From the IMG/VR virus record IMGVR_UViG_3300024181_000006, positions 1 through 53,617 of that record: a DNA stretch of 53,617 bases. The stretch is one strand, 5' to 3'. The stretch's first letter is position 1. Each line of letters starts with the position of its first letter. The position numbers and the translations under genes were made by a program. Positions 49,847-53,617 of the stretch are shown here, piece by piece. The notes beneath the pieces were generated by a model, which was not told the DNA's origin, did no database searches, and was given only the letters and a program-made list of their open reading frames with translations. This stretch comes from a virus (taxonomy: Duplodnaviria > Caudoviricetes).

Positions 49847-50290
49847 TCATTTACCATTAACAAGCTCCTTCACTTCAGCAGGAATCTCTATTACCTGCTC
49901 TTTAGAACGTTGCTTGGCTGCTATAGCTTTACGCATTTGCTCGTTAAATGATATGACGTTAATGTTAAGACCGCTTAGCTGCTTACCGATATCAAGTCTA
50001 CCTCGGCGGTCATTTCTAAGAAACATTGCTGCACGAAGCTGAGTTCTTTCATCAGCATCAGTATAGCCTCTGGCGATATTCGATATAACATCGACTACAG
50101 CCTGTTCTTGTTCATCAGTGAACCCTATCTCTTTAGGTGCTTTACCAGCAGCTTGTCTAAAGAGTGTAGAGAACTGCATTAGAATGGCCTTAACTGAGGT
50201 CAATTCTAACTCTTGGTCATCCGCAATTTCTTCCGGTGACATACCTAGTTCTTCATAGGCAGTTATGATTTGTTGGTCAGCTCCGCTCAT
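49847..50290 (-). CDS. Putative terminase small subunit
   Basis: N-terminal HTH (GMSPEEIA), helical, directly upstream of TerL. Confidence 0.55.
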   Translation of the reverse strand: MSGADQQIITAYEELGMSPEEIADDQELELTSVKAILMQFSTLFRQAAGKAPKEIGFTDEQEQAVVDVISNIARGYTDADERTQLRAAMFLRNDRRGRLDIGKQLSGLNINVISFNEQMRKAIAAKQRSKEQVIEIPAEVKELVNGK

Positions 50291-50586
50291 ACCGTTGATA
50301 CATCTACTAATGTTCTACTGTAGAATCGGTCTCTTCTGTAATGGTAGCTGCACCTTAAACCATGTGCTGGTTTTCCACAATCAATGCAATAGCATTTCTT
50401 CTTGAGTCTCTGCCTAACCTGACTAAGTAATCGAAGCAATTCCTCATTTCCACTTTGGTTCGCAAGGATGAGTTGCTCTTTAACTGCTGATAGAGTTGGA
50501 TAGAGTCTGAGTAACCTTCTGATTTTCCGAATATCAGATATTTTTAAAGGCTCCGTTATTCTTGAGCCAAAGTATAAGTTCAGCAT
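50287..50586 (-). CDS. Zinc-finger protein
   Basis: CIDCG...CSYH. Confidence 0.5.
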   Translation of the reverse strand: MLNLYFGSRITEPLKISDIRKIRRLLRLYPTLSAVKEQLILANQSGNEELLRLLSQVRQRLKKKCYCIDCGKPAHGLRCSYHYRRDRFYSRTLVDVSTV

Positions 50587-50871
50587 CTTTAAGATCCCAG
50601 GGAACCAGATTCTTTGTGGCTAGAGGTATAACGTTTGTATAGAACTCTCGCCAAATAACCTCAATGGGTAGATTGAAGTATTTAAGACCGATTCTTACGA
50701 TTCGATGTAGTCTGAGGTAACACATAATTTTCCTCCACTTTTTGTTTTGCTTTCCGTATTTCAGATAGCATCTCTTCGGATATAACCATCCCAGGAGAAC
50801 GTTTAGTTACTATCCTCCCCTCCCCACTAATATCCAGATATTTAGATGCATTTCTCAACCATGCAATAGAT

Positions 50872-50888
50872 AGCAAGAGTCATGCCAA
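50872..50888 (-). promoter_or_regulatory. sigma54 promoter P5 (late/packaging operon)
   Basis: TTGGCATGACTCTTGCT on the - strand, at the head of the whole virion arm. Confidence 0.88.
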
Positions 50889-51174
50889 GGTTCTCAGAGT
50901 TGCAATACAGTATAAGTAAGAAGTCATGCCCACCTAAAGCAAGGTTGAGATACAGTGCATCTCAAGGATGAGAGTTATATTAGAAATATTTGAGTTAGGG
51001 ACAATTATAGAGAAAATTCTACGAGTAAGTCAGGGGCCCCATGTCAACTAATTTCGGGGTGCCTACTGGCTTAATTTGCTCAGACTGGACCATACCAATG
51101 CTCAATAATCGCCACTAACTTAGTGATGACTACAACATATAGTGTTACATAGAACTAAACGATACCACTAATAG

Positions 51175-51191
51175 TTGGCATAGGACTAGCT
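51175..51191 (+). promoter_or_regulatory. sigma54 promoter P6
   Basis: TTGGCATAGGACTAGCT, divergent from P5. Confidence 0.7.
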
Positions 51192-51204
51192 ATATGTGAC
51201 TTGC

Positions 51205-51590
51205 AGTTGATGAGCATTCTGCCTTGTCCTGCGTGGGCACTTTCGCCCTAGATAGTAGATTTATTGTGTTCACAGAACACTCACCGCTAAGTCCGGGTAG
51301 GGCGGTATATAAAACAAGGTCATAGGGTAACAGTAAATCCGCTGGCTCATTAGTCAAGCAGGGAATGAAACGATATACCTGAAAGTGAGGCAACACCATC
51401 ACAAAGTATGCTAGACTGTTAGCATAGTCCCTAGCTTGGGCAAAGCAACGCTACCAGACATAGATAGTATCCTTCTAAAACTGGTCTCAAATCCAAGCTA
51501 CGCTCGGTAGATTAATAAAGATATCTACTCGGCAGCATAGGCTTCTATGATACTAGAGTAACACCTATGTTGCCCAAGCTGGGGATTGTG
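51205..51590 (+). ncRNA. Highly structured RNA / long leader
   Basis: 21-bp helix 51423-51443/51570-51590 with 3 G-U pairs; CACTTTC/GAAAGTG; CGCCCTA/TAGGGCG. Confidence 0.6.
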
Positions 51591-51637
51591 TGATTCCTAG
51601 CAAGCTAGCTAGAAACCAAATAACAGTTAAATCATAT

Positions 51638-52246
51638 ATGAGCAAAGCATTAACTCAAAACGCTACAGAGTTGGCTCCTTCTCTACATGGAGAAGAAGAC
51701 TATGACTTCAATGCAAGCGTCAAACGCCAAGCTACTAAAACAGCTAAAGGCACTACACGCGAAAGATTGACGTTAAATCGCAACAAGCTTATTTCCCATG
51801 TGTGCGGCGAATTCAGAATGAACTTCGCTAGCATCTATGGCAAGTCTGAGAAGCTTCCTCGCGATATCTTCGACAAGGTGGAGATTGCGGTAGACAACTA
51901 CCTAACAGAGCAACTCAAACAGGTCAACAGCCTGAATGTTATTAGCTCGCGACGTGCCTTCTATCACGTTGCAAGACAGGTTGAGATTGTTGAGCGCGTG
52001 ACCATCATCGGTGAGAACAAGCTTGTCCTGCAAGAGCAGCTACTTGGAGTTGACTTGATGATTAACGCAGCTGAAAAGCGATTGCGGGATTTGTATGCCA
52101 AGAACACTCCCAACTTCGACCGGGAGAAATCAGTTCAAGCGCAAATCATGCAGCTTAATCTTACCAAGCAGTATATACTGGGTGAGATTGGCCAGCAGGA
52201 GAAACTTAAGAAAGAAGCTTCTGCAACACAGACTTCCGCCAGTTAG
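51638..52246 (+). CDS. Hypothetical basic protein with coiled-coil C-terminus
   Basis: Open frame 51590..52246; ATG at 51638 follows an A-rich leader. Confidence 0.75.
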   Translation: MSKALTQNATELAPSLHGEEDYDFNASVKRQATKTAKGTTRERLTLNRNKLISHVCGEFRMNFASIYGKSEKLPRDIFDKVEIAVDNYLTEQLKQVNSLNVISSRRAFYHVARQVEIVERVTIIGENKLVLQEQLLGVDLMINAAEKRLRDLYAKNTPNFDREKSVQAQIMQLNLTKQYILGEIGQQEKLKKEASATQTSAS

Positions 52247-52329
52247 AAGGATACGAGTTAGGGCTGTGCTAACAGTCTAGCATATTGAATGCTATGAGCA
52301 TATCTGCTATAATCGAAACAGACTCTTTA

Positions 52330-52731
52330 GCCTAAAGTAGATTATCTATTAATTGCAGAGCCATCGCAGCCTATGAAATACTTAGGTGATGGGTAGGTAA
52401 AGTTAGCGTGCAATACGTCAACTGTAATCTATTTTTACACAATATGCGACTTGGTGTGTCTAGCAATTTCCACTTCATAGAAACCGATTATAGATAAGCA
52501 GGCTTATGGTATTCACGTTAAAATGGAAATCTCCATACTCTAATATATACTTGCGTTAAATCAGAAAAACTCAGCTATTGCCTAAAGTTCCTGAATACAA
52601 CAAACAGCGAGTCTGCTGCAAAAGGTTCAGTTATGAGTTATCCGAAGTGGAAAGCATTTTTGCGGAAAACTTCAAAATAACAAAGGGAGCCAGAGTTCAC
52701 GATATGTTGTATATTAGAGTTCTCTTAACGT
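52330..52731 (+). ncRNA. Two further structured non-coding elements
   Basis: Nested TAGATTA/TAATCTA, ATTGCA/TGCAAT, CCATCGC/GTGATGG plus T-tract; ACGTTAA/TTAACGT enclosing ACTCTAATATA/TATATTAGAGT. Confidence 0.45.
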
Positions 52732-52748
52732 ATGGCACGCTTTATGCC
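52732..52748 (+). promoter_or_regulatory. sigma54 promoter-like site P7
   Basis: ATGGCACGCTTTATGCC, GG-N10-GC. Confidence 0.6.
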
Positions 52749-52780
52749 TAAAGTGATATAAACCAGTATACGTGTCGTTA

Positions 52781-52878
52781 TATATATAACCTTATATAAC
52801 ATAGGGCCTTCTTAAAATGTTTGAAATGAAAAAAAGTTGTTTTTGTGGCCTCACGAGAGTTATATAAGGTTATATATA
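52781..52878. repeat. Perfect 20-bp inverted repeat (origin/operator candidate)
   Basis: TATATATAACCTTATATAAC (52781-52800) / GTTATATAAGGTTATATATA (52859-52878). Confidence 0.85.
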
Positions 52879-53012
52879 AAGAGATAGTAGAGGGTGGAGG
52901 GGATTATATACCAGTATACCTATAACGACCGTTATATCTCATTATATATCTTTCCATTAAGGTCTACATTCATTTCTAGTATAATCTAATTTCAACATCA
53001 CACAAACCTAAT

Positions 53013-53051
53013 TTCTCATTCTTGCGAACTCAAACATTCTCATTCTTGCGA
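53013..53051. repeat. 15-bp direct repeat x2
   Basis: TTCTCATTCTTGCGA at 53013 and 53037, just upstream of P8. Confidence 0.8.
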
Positions 53052-53078
53052 TGCTTAAAAATTATTAATCTAGAAAGG

Positions 53079-53095
53079 TTGGCACAAATTATGCT
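53079..53095 (+). promoter_or_regulatory. sigma54 promoter P8 (early small-gene cluster)
   Basis: TTGGCACAAATTATGCT. Confidence 0.8.
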
Positions 53096-53266
53096 ACCTA
53101 GCATCAGTCAAAGTTCTACAAAAACATGCTATATAGTTATATCCTGGTTAGCTTCAAATCGCACCCTTGCGAGATGCCTTACGTGACCTTTAACATGACT
53201 TACCAGTATACTCACTTGCATATTTTGATATAACTTGTGACATAAACGTTATACTATAGTTATATT

Positions 53267-53596
53267 ATGCCACACATTGAAATCACTAAAACACTCCTTA
53301 TAACTCCCGTTCGATATAAAATCAAGAAGTTCTCTGATTATAAACCAGGACTTGCAATCTTCATCATTAATAAAACGGAAGATAACTGCATTGATTACTG
53401 GAAAACGCCATACATCATAATTCCCCTCTCTACGGATTTTGAAGAATTAGATTCCCTATTTACAACACACAAATTAGGAGCAATATACTATCCTAACGAT
53501 ATATATTCCATCCAAATAGAAGATGAAAGAATGTCTCCACGGTTCTCTATTGATATAACTGAAATGATGAATATCGCCAAATCTAATGAGCACTGA
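53267..53596 (+). CDS. Hypothetical early protein
   Basis: 109 aa, first ORF of the early cluster. Confidence 0.65.
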   Translation: MPHIEITKTLLITPVRYKIKKFSDYKPGLAIFIINKTEDNCIDYWKTPYIIIPLSTDFEELDSLFTTHKLGAIYYPNDIYSIQIEDERMSPRFSIDITEMMNIAKSNEH

Positions 53597-53617
53597 ACGA
53601 TTAGAAAGATATATCAA
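53485..53617. repeat. Terminal direct repeat, right copy
   Basis: Matches 1..133 apart from 2 mismatches in the first 7 nt. Confidence 0.95.

Noticed and set aside
50915-50932. Second sigma54-like site (GGGCATGACTTCTTAC, - strand)
   Set aside because: It shares GGCATGACT with P5 but lacks the -12 GC at the 10-nt spacing
51190-51402. 70-aa - strand ORF
   Set aside because: It overlaps the + strand structured RNA and runs into promoter P6; no coding features
51268-51430. Group I intron-like words (GTTCACAGA, AGCATAGTCC)
   Set aside because: No GACTA to form P7 in the right place and no interrupted gene; both words are explained by other helices

Overview
This window looks like an essentially complete ~53.5 kb tailed dsDNA phage genome with podovirus-like architecture. 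It is assembled as a circle: 8..133 is identical to 53492..53617. The + strand (53267..end, then 1..22631) carries many small early genes, an SF2 helicase, a GroES homologue, a Cas4-like nuclease/Sak4/SSB module, a dNMP kinase, a family A DNA polymerase split into two genes, and a DUF3987-like P-loop protein. The - strand (50876..22594) carries terminase, portal, scaffold, major capsid, a block of signal-peptide-bearing LamG/Ig/FN3 proteins, a holin, tail proteins and three ejection-type proteins. The standout feature is a probable sigma54-based transcription programme. The phage encodes its own sigma54 activator (bEBP AAA+ with a GSFTGA loop, but no receiver domain and no DNA-binding HTH). 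Eight -24/-12 promoters (TGGCA..GG-N10-GC) sit in intergenic positions, each pointing along the local gene direction, including in front of the packaging operon and the major capsid gene. Also present are several base-paired non-coding regions (one tRNA-like), a repeated TATAAC/GTTATA operator-like motif and an Acb2/Tad1-like sponge candidate. Protein motifs hint at a Verrucomicrobiota host (inference). All calls come from reading motifs by eye; no database search was run.
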